From: Toensbergia leucococca
Lineage: Eukaryota
DNA length: 28,643 nucleotides
Reading direction: 5' to 3'
Assembly (NCBI GenBank): GCA_022813965.1
Contig: JALDZS010000088.1
Coordinates: 62,001-90,643 of the forward strand
Below are positions 11,325-22,859 of this stretch, piece by piece. The notes beneath the pieces are model-generated. The model made no database searches. It was not told the DNA's origin and was given only the letters and a program-made list of their open reading frames with translations. Each line of letters starts with the position of its first letter. Positions within the stretch are counted from its first letter, which is position 1. Both the position numbers and the translations under genes were made by a program.

Positions 11325-12100
11325 GGGCTTTTGGAAAGTCTTTCGATTCCAGAACTATACTGGTTTCAAAAATGCACAGACTTACTCATCTCTTTCCCTC
11401 ATGTTTTGGGTATGGGAGAAAATTCCATCCCATCCTAATATCTATGAAGAATTTCAGACCCCTTGATTCCTCAGAAGTTGGGTTTGTGGCTCAAACCTCT
11501 ATAGATTGGATATGAAGGGAATAATCAGGAAGGTCCCTATACATTTGTTGTCTCACACCGCGGTAAGTAATTCGGGTCACTCTTCTGACACTGGTAAAGT
11601 GAAAGGATGAGCACCAAGTCAAAGATACTCACTGCTCTTCATTCTGAGACCGACGGTCAGACCGAGAGCGTTTAAAGCAGCTGAAAAACAGTACCTTTGT
11701 GCCCGAGATAATAACCAGCAAGATCACTGGGTGGAATTCTACCCTAAACCCAATTCGAAGCCACTTTGGATAGAAAAAACTCCTCGGGGGTAGCCTCGTT
11801 CCTGCTCCTTAAAGATCATCTCCCAAAATTTGACTTGAATCACCAACCCAGTGAAATCGAAATGCAACGCCTCTGGTCAAAAGAAATGTCGAGGCCGCTA
11901 ACAGGTTCAGAGAAAAGATGAAGAAATTTATGGGGTTGCCTCTGAGAACGACTATGACGCGTACAAGCATTACAGGCTGATTGAGACGGATATTCTGCTC
12001 CGGAATTTGAGGGAGGTGACATCGTCCTGATGAATGTCCAAAAATAAGATAGATCAATCACCCTAACAAGTCTCTCTATCATTGGAACTCAGGACTGTTC
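11325..12100 (+). mobile_element. Ty3/Gypsy LTR-retrotransposon integrase relic (core and C-terminal part), heavily mutated
   Basis: Collinear motifs across stops and frameshifts: GLLESLSIPELYW; EGPYTFVVSHRGK*FGSLF*HW*SERMSTKSKILTALHSETDGQTESV (cf. PxxIVSDRGxQFxSxFW...STAFHPETDGQTER); KQYLCARDNNQQDHWVEF; APEFEGGDIVLMN; HPNKSLYHWNSGLF (cf. RPxKxLDxKxxGPF). Confidence 0.85.
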
Positions 12101-13545
12101 AATCCATCTTCAATCAACATTCCAGCTGTTCTTTTCTTGAGCACCAAGGAGTTTAGCGTCTACACAGATGGCCACAAGAAACAACACACTGTGAGCTCAA
12201 ACTTCTTGAATCTATGACCTGAGTTCTTCTTTTCAGTCTTTCAACACGCGGGTCTTACACATGAACAATTCCGATCCTCTACCCATGCAAAACGGGACCT
12301 CCTCCTTCTTCTTCACCGACCAAAAAAGACACAAAGCGCAAGCGCGGGCAGAAGGCCAGAAAAGAATCTCCTCTTAAACCAGAGTCTGACAATGATAGAA
12401 TGAGATGGCCCTTTGACAGAACACAAGGGGCTTTTAAAGATATGAGATGAGCAAATCTACCATTTAAGAACAAGCTTAAATGCCATTATCAACTCACATC
12501 AAGTCAATGCTAAACTAACATCAAAGCAATTGTTGATACCGCAGAAGACTGTCTCTTTCCCCGCATTTATTCAAAGAATTTCAGACTTGATCAAAAGTGG
12601 CGCGGTGTACCAGGATTCAAGATTCTTTCAGTACCGCAACTATCTTTTTAACAAGGATCAACGTGAGGGAATGCTAAAATACCATGGCGGTGTTCGATGT
12701 ATGGACACCAGAAGGTCTGTGAACGTGACAGAATCAGACTGTCAAAGAAGATTTATCACTGAAGGAATACCAACGTTCATGAGGTTTATCACTCCTAAAG
12801 TCTCCTCTATGACAGCTCACCGCACAGTATGAGCAACATTTCGGCGAGTCTTCGCGCTTGCCCAGGATATCTGGCCGTCGACACGAACAACGATCGAATT
12901 TGACCCAAATCTCCTCTAGGGCCGCATCATTGGAGGCTGCTGTCCGAGATAATCTGGCTCTAGAGGCACATCACGAGTCTGCCGCTGCCCCAAGCAAAGC
13001 CCGAGCTTGTTTGAGAAATCACCATCTACTAGCATAGGCAAAAACACGCCATGAAACTGATGAGGCACAAAACGGTCACTCAAATGCATACATGAATATG
13101 ACTGTCACTTGGACGGTTGCAGTGACAGGGAAGAAAGACTCAAACAAGTTCCAACTAACGTGCTAACTTACCAACATCAGCTTGCTCTAGTTTGCCACCA
13201 ATACATTAGCGGAGTGTGAAGACTACACTTGCCCCGCCTGCCTATCTCTATTCAGCCTTCATAATCTGCTGTCACTCTCTGTCGCAGATATGAGTGAAAG
13301 AGCTTAGAGGTCATTTAGAAAGAGAGAAAGAGAAAGGCAATTCACAAGAGATCTGAGCATAAACAATAAGATGAGATATCATAATGTGAGTATACCATGA
13401 TGCTTATGCTTATTGTCAGGTGGCTGTCCAAAAATCTGACTTGGCCAAGTTCGTCACTTATTGACGTTTTGCTCAAGAAACAATCCTCCATCTACAACAT
13501 CCATTCACAAACCTTTTCAAGCCTTCTTTCATACCTTGTGTCGCC

Positions 13546-13821
13546 ATGTTGGCGGTGCAATTCGAACAGTCAGCGAAAGCATCAGGCCCATCCGAGCAGG
13601 CACGACCTGAGCTGCCGTCATGGTTCTACAAAACATTGTGCCAACCCGCTACACCTAGCTCTTCATCCCGTCCTTCAGTTCCTACGGCTACTCTGCTCCT
13701 AATCCCAGCATATGAGTGCGCCTCATGTCACCAGATGTTTCATACGATGGCGGCTCACACCATACATCTGGAATCTGTCACCCGGCGCTTTGGTATTAGA
13801 CAAGATTCTATTGAGGTTTAG
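13546..13821 (+). CDS. Possible small protein (91 aa) with a partial C2H2-like zinc finger
   Basis: ATG-started ORF containing YECASCHQMFHTMAAHTIH (Y-x-C-x2-C-x3-F-x8-H). The last His ligand of a standard C2H2 finger is missing. It lies in a decayed region. Confidence 0.25.
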   Translation: MLAVQFEQSAKASGPSEQARPELPSWFYKTLCQPATPSSSSRPSVPTATLLLIPAYECASCHQMFHTMAAHTIHLESVTRRFGIRQDSIEV

Positions 13822-13886
13822 GATCGATATGTATGATGATGAGTATGTGATAATTTGAATAGATTGATGTTTTAGATGACTAGTAA

Positions 13887-14063
13887 GACGGAACCAAAAC
13901 CGAATTGAGTCATTGGACCAAATTCCGCATCCAAGTCCATGGGAACGACCGACACGTACGGGCCTTCGTCTCACCGGGAAAAAGCGAGAGTCTTAGCCTT
14001 CTCCTTGGTCTTCCATGGCTAGGTAGTGTAGACGCCAAAATCCATGTCCGGGAATCCATCTTA
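13887..14063 (+). mobile_element. Retropepsin (Gypsy aspartic protease) C-terminal relic
   Basis: The frame reads DGTKTELSHWTKFRIQVHGNDRHVRAFVSPGKSESLSLLLGLPWLGSVDAKIHVRESIL*. LLLGxPWL is the retroelement protease C-terminal motif. The catalytic D-S/T-G half is absent. Confidence 0.7.
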
Positions 14064-16418
14064 TAGGTCAAAAGACTCTCTATTCGATAACAACTTTTGA
14101 TGGGATACTACCACATTCTTATACCTAACTCCCCATGAAAACACAAGCCAAATGGGTACACATGAGAGAAGCATACCCAAGGCTAGATAAGAGCATCCAA
14201 GATTAGGTAGGGCATATGGAATCACATGATTCACTGATTGAATCCTCATGCAATTCCATATGCAATTCGCGATCACTCAATAACATTAACAGATTCATTA
14301 AACGCCATTATAAAACATTATGAGGAGGAAAGTCACCTTGCAAATCAGAGCCCGTGCGGTCATCCGGAACTTTGCCGGTCCCAAAGCCAAGTAGCAGAGA
14401 AAGAAGAGACTGAATTATGGCGAATCTGACAGAGATTGAAAACCTTACCGGCGCTCCAGGACCTCCTGTGTTCTTGAAACCCAACCCACCCCATATCATT
14501 CCTGATTCAAGGCAGATTGCTTCTCATGTTCAATCTTCAGTAGTTTAATACCACTCAAGAGTTTCTTGATTCCACCAGCGACGTTTCACATCTCAATTCA
14601 ACTCATATCAGTAAGCCTCATCTCATATCCTCATTGGACTTGGGCATCCTTACTCTCAGTAAATGATTTAGCGTCAACGTTACGGGCGTTGATCATGCCG
14701 ATGAATTGCTCAGTATTGACAGCTCCGTGCGCCGTGCGGTCATTGACCCTGTATCCTTTAATGAATGAGAGCGCCCGTGAGGACTGAGCGTGTCACATGG
14801 ATTTCAGAATTCCCGTTCCTGCATTCCGCAACACCTATGTTCACATTCTATCACTAATGCATTAATAGTCCTCAGTCCTTGAGGGCAGCGTTCGACGCCA
14901 GGCAAATCAAGTAAGTTTTCCACAACATATTGTTCATCTATTGCTAATGTATTTCTAGTCAGCAATTGCTGAGAGCAGCACCGGCAAGTCTCGCCGCCAG
15001 GTGAAGCCTCACCCTGAAAACAACGCCATTCAAGTGAAATATTCAACATCAGTGTGCATACCGCCATCTGACTCCTCATCCCGCTCAAAGCTTGAAGCAG
15101 TCTTTGATTGAAGCTATTTTCAAACTAGTAGCATGACGGACATGCCGTAGGGGCAACTGAATAGTTTTGTTTTGAATTTTATTCAATTTCAAGCTATGCT
15201 GACAGGGGACAGGATCTATAAGATGATTTTACAAGCTTCTTCAATGCCTGCATCTGCTTCTCATGAGTGTGACGCCTATGATCAACTGACTCTCTGACCT
15301 TAGCAGAATGCTGCGCCTCCTACAAAAGAAAGAGTGACAAGTGAATTCATCAACCCTCTCAGCTGAGTTTGAATTCATGAAGCATGCTATCAATGCAGCT
15401 GAGTCAACTGAGTTTGACATGAGCTGATACCTTCACCTCTTGAACTCATCAAACTTCTGGCCCTTGTCAACTGACAAAGTCAGTGATTAAATGAAAATAT
15501 TTGGCGGCTCTTCTTAGTTCCTTCCCTCTATCTATCCTGACGCTCCTTCAACCGCGCAGAAGATTGAGGGGTCAAATGTTTGATTTTGAATAAGCTTCTC
15601 AAGATTGAAGAGAATGGGTCACTCATACATCATCATCATGCTTGAATGAGAGATACGAGTGGCGTTGGTTGAGAAGTTTGAGGGAAAATAAGATTACAAT
15701 GCAGATGACAACTCATTGATTGACCGCCCGGTTTACTTGAAAGCTACTGAACCTGATGAAAGGGATGCGGTACCATGTTTCAGAATTCTCTAAGTTCATG
15801 AGAGCAGATGTTAGAATATTACAGTGATATCAATGTGTGACCATCAGAATCTTGAAATTTGATAGATTAAGACTGCTGAGAAAGTCGCTGAGATGATATC
15901 ATGTTATGTGAAGTTTATCATAGGTCTCTTCAGAAATGAAGGCGGCGCGATATAAGAAGCAGAAGACAGAGAGCAAAGAAGATTCTGATTGGGCAGCGGG
16001 GATGAAGAGAACATGGAAGAGAAGGAGATTGTGACCAAAGGAGAAGAAGAGTTGCTGAAGAGTTGTAAGTGAGTTGATATCAGAGCTTTTACAACAGTCG
16101 ATGGACCTTTACGCAAACACTGCATAGTTTCAAACACCCGTAAAGCAGCGTCACTGGCCAACACGCTACAAAGTACCCCCAAGGCTTGAATCAGTCATGA
16201 CTCAGCATGTATACAGTTATATACAATCAAAGTCTATGCCATGCATCCAAAACCGAGCACCGAGTGCTGCAAATACACACATCACTTACAACAATATCTG
16301 ACACTTCCATAGATACAGAGCAAAGATGTGCATCACTCGAATTATTTGGATTCAAAATAAAAAGTGACAAGATTGCAAAGCGCAAAATTGTCAAGGCTGA
16401 GGAGTCACCGCTTCTTGG

Positions 16419-17604
16419 ATGATCCCCTCCTCAATTCCGGCCCCAACCCCAGTCATCTCGATTGGATCAGGAGACTTCAATCGACCCGGGAGTCCGGAGA
16501 GAATGAGCTGGGCGTTCAGGATCCAAGAATCCCGGGTTGCAAGAAGAATTGGCATTTCTGAAACAGGTGAGCGATCTCCTACTGAAGACCCATCGGCATC
16601 ACGCAAGAAAATCCTCCTCAAGGGCCCACGACACGAGCAGGATCAGCCTGCCCGTTCCCTGAGTTACTTTTACGGGGTGATCTAGATCCTCCATTGGGAC
16701 ACTCGCGGGAACGCTCCACAAGTTCGACCTGCTCTTGGTCAGTTTTCCTCACTTTCGATACAACCATCCATTGAAAATGGGCACGATGAATTCACATTTG
16801 AGAAAAAGAAGAATGGGGCTTCTCCTAAAAAGAATGGCACTTAACACCACCCGGAGAAAGCCATTGATACGTTTGAACATCGCCTGAAGAAAGCCACTGT
16901 CGCGTCGGATGATCAACTCTTTACTACTCCTGGAGCACGTTCCTTGCAAGCACATTCCCCTCAAGTTGCAACAAATGAAGCACGCCTACAGCGTTTACTC
17001 CATGAGCCCAGGGTATCTGGGATGCAAGGTGTAAACGAACTGAACCGGGATCCAGTTTTCCGTGGCCAGGTTATAGAACTGCGTAGCGCAATTCAAAATC
17101 TAGATGGCCGTGTAAGTGCCTATGCTTCGTTTCTTTGGTATCTTCCTGGTTTTACTAATGCGTTTCGCAGGAGCATCAAGAGCCAATTGCGGCGAGGTCG
17201 GCTGGACCGTCAGAGCCCCTGCTAGAACCTCTTTGTCTTCGCTGTGCCAAATCCCTCGATGCCATCAATGAGCCCTGTGGGAAGGAAGAATATGTGAAAT
17301 GTGCTCGGTGTGTCGCTGGACACAAATTCTGCGCAAGCGTAAGCGCGAGAATGCCGCCATTCTCGACGAGTTATCACGCTTGGATATGCAAGCAAGAAAG
17401 AGACGGATTCTACGCGAGCCAGTGAGTGCTACTTGGGGTGAAGTCGATCATGCTCAGAGTGCCTTGGCGCGTCAAATGGAGGCTTTGGCTGTGCAACTGA
17501 GGATGCGGGATGAGGAAGCGGCGAAGGTCACGACAGTCAGATACTTGGAAAAGATTATAAATGGTTTGAGTCTCAAGAGGTACATCTTTCACTCCAGAGG
17601 TTGA
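16419..17604 (+). pseudogene. Disrupted gene A with an atypical Cys6 (Zn-cluster-like) motif and helical C-terminus
   Basis: One frame runs 16419-17111 with two internal stops. A clean intron lies at 17112-17170. Exon 17171-17338 encodes CLRCAKSLDAINEPCGKEEYVKCARCVAGHKFCAS, followed by a GTAAGC donor at 17339 with no good branch or acceptor. A coding-like helical segment continues in another frame to 17604. Confidence 0.6.
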
Positions 17605-17867
17605 CAGTGACGATCATTGAGATCATGAGGATGAAAGAATTGAAGAGAGAGAGTGCGTTGGGATCTCAATATCACAACAAAGATTTTATATGAAATGTGA
17701 AATGACACAGCTGAGAACAAAGCTAGCAGGTGTCTTAATGAAGGTGTGTGTAGAGGTGACTTCTTTTTTTCAATTATGGAGACGGTGATGCGGATGATGA
17801 GGGAGCTGCGATGACTTGTAAGATTGGCTGAGGGAAATGAACAGGGGATTTTTACACAAGGTGAAAC

Positions 17868-18466
17868 TTGCCACCCACACTCTCCGAGGTCTGCTGCTTG
17901 CGTTGTTCGAAGAGAATTCATGAGGCGAATCACCGTTGCGACAACCGTGGACTGCCGGCTTGCCCGTATTGCTCCCAGCAGGGGCAACCGTGCCTTGAGG
18001 TATGTACCCTATCATGTCCTGCAATAGAAAATGCTAATAGATCAGGTGCCGGCCCCCTATGTCCCCGTGGTAAATCGACTTCTGGAGATGCGAGACGCCC
18101 GCGAAGCGGAATCGGATTGAGAGCTCTTCGACGCAGCCCATGCACTTCTAGCGAGCCATGTGAAAGAGTACAAGCAGCAAGTCGAGCTCTATACGAACCG
18201 CACTCTCCGGCGTGACCAGCACAAAAAGCCCGAAAAGTCGGAGACGGTCAGCTTGCTTGTCCTTGATGAGCTCAAGAAACTTCAAGTAACTGCCGAACAC
18301 CTTGTAGACAGTTACCGTTACGATGTGGGTACAAGTCCCTATCAAACGTAGCATTTGCTAACCGTGACAGATCAGGCTTGATCCTTTGACGCGTGCTGTC
18401 AGGAGCCGCAACGATGGCCTCGACGATTTCGATGACTACCGGTGGGGAAAACGAATTCAAATTTGA
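17868..18466 (+). pseudogene. Disrupted gene B with the same atypical Cys6 motif; exons ..17999, 18046-18324, 18371-18466
   Basis: CLRCSKRIHEANHRCDNRGLPACPYCSQQGQPCLE|VPAPYVPVVNRLLEMRDAREAESD*ELFDAAHALL...LLVLDELKKLQ. Introns 18000-18045 and 18325-18370 are both 46 nt with CTAA branch sites. In-frame TGA at 18118-18120. No intact start found. Confidence 0.7.
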
Positions 18467-19900
18467 ATCACCCCGTTACCCGAATCATGAATGAGGCGTG
18501 GGTGCGGAACGGAGCTGCGGGGTGTGCGGAGATGGCAGTGCGGTGTGGAGATAGTGGAGCGGAGACAACAGAAGAGCTATGATGGCCTTTTCAGCGGGTA
18601 TTTTCATTGATGAAGATAGAGAAGAGAATAAGATATAGAAAACCTATAATCTCACTGATTGATTCAAGGATGGAAAGACTCTTTGATAGGTAAAAAAGAG
18701 CGTGTTCGATGTACCCGGTTCGGTACACCAGATGTCCTGACTCAGTAGTAGTCTTTTATCACATAAAATTGACAAACCTGACCTCCATGAGTTAGTCAAG
18801 ATAATCGGAAAGCTGAGCTCCCTTATTCGCAACGCTGTATAGTCCATCGACAGAGAGCAAACCAATCTCCTACGAGAACATACTGAAATGCTCGAAAAAC
18901 ATGAATCGACATTGGAAAAACACTTGAACGTCCGGGAGCCATCACCAGCTCATCCCTGCACTTGAATTACAAGATGAGTAGCTCGGAAAGAGCCAATGAT
19001 CTGGATCTCCTAAAAAAGAGGACTTGGCGCGTTCCTAGTACGCCGGTCTCAGATATCTTCAAGCCGGTCTTGCATGAAGAGTGATGAAAAACCAAACTCT
19101 GTAGGAAAAGCTTTGGCGTGCATACAAGCTCACAATGGTCGCAAATGAAGAATTGACGTGCGTCGCTAGAGCTCTTATTTGAAAGCACCCTGAAGCGCAA
19201 TGACTAGCTTCTGCGGTCCTGGTAGTTTTGATGGTCACAACCCTAGGAACGCTCTGAGGGACTTCCTCTGGATTTACCAAGTCTCGGTACGAGGTTTCGC
19301 ATTTGCCAAATGCTTGCGAAGTTCTCAACGCAGTAGCACATCTGCTTCTAGAGTGAAGCTCCGATATCGACATTGTCAAACTTGATAAGGTTGCAGTGGT
19401 TAGCACATGGGGATGGAGCCTGTGGAATAACGCCATCACTATTAGACCAGGTATCGTTGTGATTCTAGGAGTCCTAATGAGATAGGAAGAAGCTCGATTT
19501 GTTATTGTTTTGATCTGCAGGGCTGTGGTCCTTGATCCACCCTGTCGCTAGGGCCTAAGATAGGAATTCCCACTTTCCCACTTCTTGTCCTCAACCAACC
19601 GTAGGCAGCTAACTAGTAACGTAACGATAGCTAGACAAGCATCAACACCGAAGAATAATCAGCTCCTGAGCGTCATCAAGACGTCTCCCATGTCATTGAT
19701 TAGCGATGGCAAGAGAAAAAATCGACACGAAGGAAAAGTATCTAGATGATGGATCTTCAATAATGTAGCAGGGTACGGAAGGATGTTAACCGGCTGAAGC
19801 GTCTAGTCCAAGGCAAGACCTCGGGCTCAGGCAGCTAGAGCACGAAGGTGGGCACGGGAGCTTTCACGGCCCTCTGTCATACCGCTCAAAGAACTGGAGT

Positions 19901-20277
19901 ATGGCTGGCGCAGGCCATGGTGATGGTTTGTACACATCTTAACCCACATACTCCTTACCTCTTGATGCTGATGATATCTCGTAGCGCATTCAAAGCGAAA
20001 AAGCGAATCCCTCGCGAGCGACGACCCGGAGGACACGGACTCAGGTAGCGACATTCACCCTCTCACACGTGGAAGGACGAAGCGAAGAAGGGGTCATGGA
20101 TTGCGCGCAGCAGGGGAAAGATCGGAAGACTCCGACTACAAACCTAAATCTAGCAAGTCATTCTTGACTCACAAAAATGATGGGATTGAAGTCCCCGCTA
20201 GCAGAGGTTACTCATGCAATCTGGAGGAAACAAGAATCAGGTTACCCTCCCGAAATTCGACGAAAAGAAACGTGTAA
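19901..20277 (+). CDS. Possible small charged, disordered protein or gene relic (105 aa; exons 19901-19925, 19985-20277)
   Basis: A GTTTGT..CTGAT..TAG intron (19926-19984) joins MAGAGHGDA to HSKRKSESLASDDPEDTDSGSD...RTKRRR. No recognisable domain. Confidence 0.25.
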
Positions 20278-20725
20278 TGAAGTTCGAAGTCGATAGTATT
20301 AGATGTTTTCGACATGATTCATCGTCGCCTTTGCCATCTTCCCATATGCATCGTGCGCCTTGAAGAGGGTTGTTTGTACTCTCCGGATAGAACTTTTTGT
20401 ATGATGTTAAGTCTCGGGAGGGAAAATGAGACTGAGACAAATGAATGTGAAAAATGGTTGTGAGAGCCCTAACCCATGAAAGAAAGCTGATTTAGACCTA
20501 TCCTTCACAGCATAATTATTACTCATAAGGCAATTCTATGTGCACATATCAGAAAATGTGATTCAAGTCTGACAGATGTAACAGCAATGACTTTGAAAGT
20601 GTATTATGTTTGATAGAACTGTCGTCGAGTGAAAGATTGAAAACCTAGTACAATTAAAGTATCCTTTAAAATAATTACGACGAACAATTCATATTTAAAA
20701 ATTTGGACTTTATGTATATCGAAAA

Positions 20726-20796
20726 GCGTTTGTGGTTTAGTGGTAAAATCCGTCGTTGCCATCGACGGGCCCCGGGTTCGATTCCCGGCGAACGCA
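20726..20796 (+). tRNA. tRNA-Gly (anticodon GCC), intronless, 71 nt
   Basis: Acceptor stem GCGTTTG/CGAACGC plus discriminator A. D-arm TGGTTTAGTGGTAAAAT. Anticodon arm CGTCG-TTGCCAT-CGACG. T-arm CCGGG-TTCGATT-CCCGG. Confidence 0.98.
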
Positions 20797-20808
20797 TATT
20801 TCTTTTGC

Positions 20809-20815
20809 TTTTTTT
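20809..20815 (+). terminator. RNA polymerase III oligo(dT) terminator of tRNA-Gly
   Basis: A T7 run (preceded by a T4) starts 13 nt downstream of the tRNA 3' end. Confidence 0.8.
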
Positions 20816-21385
20816 CCCTTTTGACACAAAACTTCATATTGGATATGCCAAACTTGATACAAAGCAGTTTCAAGCATTTATGGGTGGCTGAGGGTCTTTC
20901 GAAATTGTGGGGCTTGATGGGATGTTGGACAGCTTTTGTTTTGGGGTGGCTGCAAGCCACCCCTTAGTACCTTCATGTACGATAGAGAGAGTAGATACTT
21001 TTCATGATTGTTCGTGGCTTAGGGTGTGCTGGCTACCTATTATACCATTTGTACCATCAATCTCCTTGTAGTATTGATCTGATAGCTTTATGATAGAATG
21101 ACTTTGGTTGCTCGGAGAAAGCTCAAGATCATGTTGAGCTTGAACATGGCCTACGCCCGCCTCCGAAATCCCACACTTCCCAAGTTCCAACACTCCGACT
21201 TTCAATACTCCAAGCTCCTGGCATCCCCGTACTCGAGACTTCACATGGTTGAACTTTTCGATGCTCCTACCATATGCGAGACAGGTACTTAACACTCCAA
21301 ACAACCTGATTCCAGCCGTAAGGCCTGCCACCAAAGCAAGTCCGTGCCAAATTGCGCCCGAACACCCAGGCTAGTCCAGAATGTT

Positions 21386-22859
21386 TTAGTCCGCCCTTAC
21401 GGGTAAAGCAGGAGGCCGTGCTTCCCGCCCAAAACTGATATCCTCTGCCATTTTTGTAAATCTCCCAAACCAAGGCTCCACCTTATTGGCCCAAAAGTGC
21501 GTCGCGGTAAATAACAGTACTGTGAATATCGGTATCGCGATTATGTACACAAACATGCCTGGTCTAGGATATTTCGCCACCTCATCCCCTTCCTTTTTGA
21601 CCAGGGTCTGATTTGCGAAAACCATCCAAGAGAGAATGCTCCGCATGAAAGAGCCGTGCAATAAATATAGCGGAAAGCTGACTTTGCCCAGCCATAAGAG
21701 CTTCGGATGACTCAAACCGCGACGCATATGTGGAGAAATTACTATCGCAAAAGCGAGGATTTGTGCCCCGATAGTGGGCCAGAAACGGCTGGTCTCTGAA
21801 CCTTCGGGTGCTATACGTTGGCGCAGGAGAAGGAGGTTGTAGGCCCATGGAGCCCAGCTGTGGTATTCGGCGGGAAAAGACATGAGATAAAGACCTAATA
21901 CGGTGAGAGGTGGGGAGATTATGGTGGAAAAGCGAGACATGGAAAGTAGATAGTCGGAATTGGAGAGCTCGGCCAATAGTATGCCGACGTAGACGTCAAT
22001 ACCAACCATTGCTAGTAGTAGATAGGTCAGTGGAAACCTTGCAACAAGGAACGAACACCTACGATCCCCAATTTTAATAGTCCAGTTGAATGACCAGAAA
22101 TATAGCCCTATTACTGTAAGCACCCGATACCGAGGTGCAAGATTTATAGTCATTAGCAAGGTCATGAAGACCATCATCGAGCCTTGCAAGAGGTACATCA
22201 GAGCCCATTGAGGCTGATCGTACGGATTGTCTGGGTTGTATGACCATGTCGTCCGGATAGCTCGGAAAAGATCCTCAAAAGCCGCGCCCCAGGAACTACT
22301 AGGATGTGGACTGGTTGTGAACAGCCAGTATGCATCTGATTTAGCCGCAGTGTCGTATGCCCCAAACTGACAAATGAACCAGCTCAATACTGTAGCGGTA
22401 GTGGCAGGAAGGAAAAGCCGAAAGGATCGTCTGAAAGAGCTGGTGGCCAAGTTGGATAATCCTACATCGATGTTCCCAGCTCTTGCACTTTTAATAGGTT
22501 TGAGGGAATTGACGAAGCCGGAAAGAATGATAAACAAAGCAACCCAGGCAGGGCCCTGAGATATAAGTCGAAAGAAGGGCTTTTGGAAGAGGTCCGAAGG
22601 GCCATTTTCGCCGTAACAGGGGATTACTAGATGGGTAGCAAAGGCGAGGACCATATGGCTTGAAACCACGAAGACAGCGGCAACGCCCCGAAGACCCTGT
22701 AAGCAGTCAGCTTACTGTATAGCATTGAGAGGGTTGGATAGCTTTTACATCAGCCCAGCTACTATCTTGGAGAGCCCTTTTTCGAGCGCCATCGTCAAAG
22801 CGGGTGTGATCCAAGGCTTTTTCAGCATAGGTAGTGAAAGTACTAAGGGCGGCCGACAT
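21386..22859 (-). CDS. Acyltransferase-3 family membrane O-acyltransferase (456 aa); exons 22859-22749, 22696-22063, 22011-21386
   Basis: Splicing restores WAD|GLRGVAAVFVVSSH. Also WVALFIILSGFV, FRRSFRLFLP and WLGKVSFPLYLLHG, with many TM segments. Introns 22748-22697 (GTAAAA..CTGAC..CAG) and 22062-22012 (GTAGGT..CTGAC..TAG). Confidence 0.93.

Noticed and set aside
12260..13040. Multi-exon-like coding fragments in the island
   Set aside because: Stops, no reliable gene model and no family recognised; mentioned only as part of the island.
14085..14235. Possible second LTR fragment (minus-strand GGTATAAG, ATAACA word)
   Set aside because: No matching terminus or TSD, and no similarity to the 10.7-11.1 kb candidate.
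10700..20620. Intact Starship, Crypton or DNA transposon
   Set aside because: No tyrosine recombinase, DDE transposase or terminal repeats were recognised.
20500..20726. Ty3-style targeted insertion immediately upstream of the tRNA
   Set aside because: The nearest recognisable Gypsy relic is over 6 kb away, and no LTR end sits next to the tRNA.
20604..20967. ORFs overlapping the tRNA
   Set aside because: Shadow frames across a clear tRNA-Gly gene.
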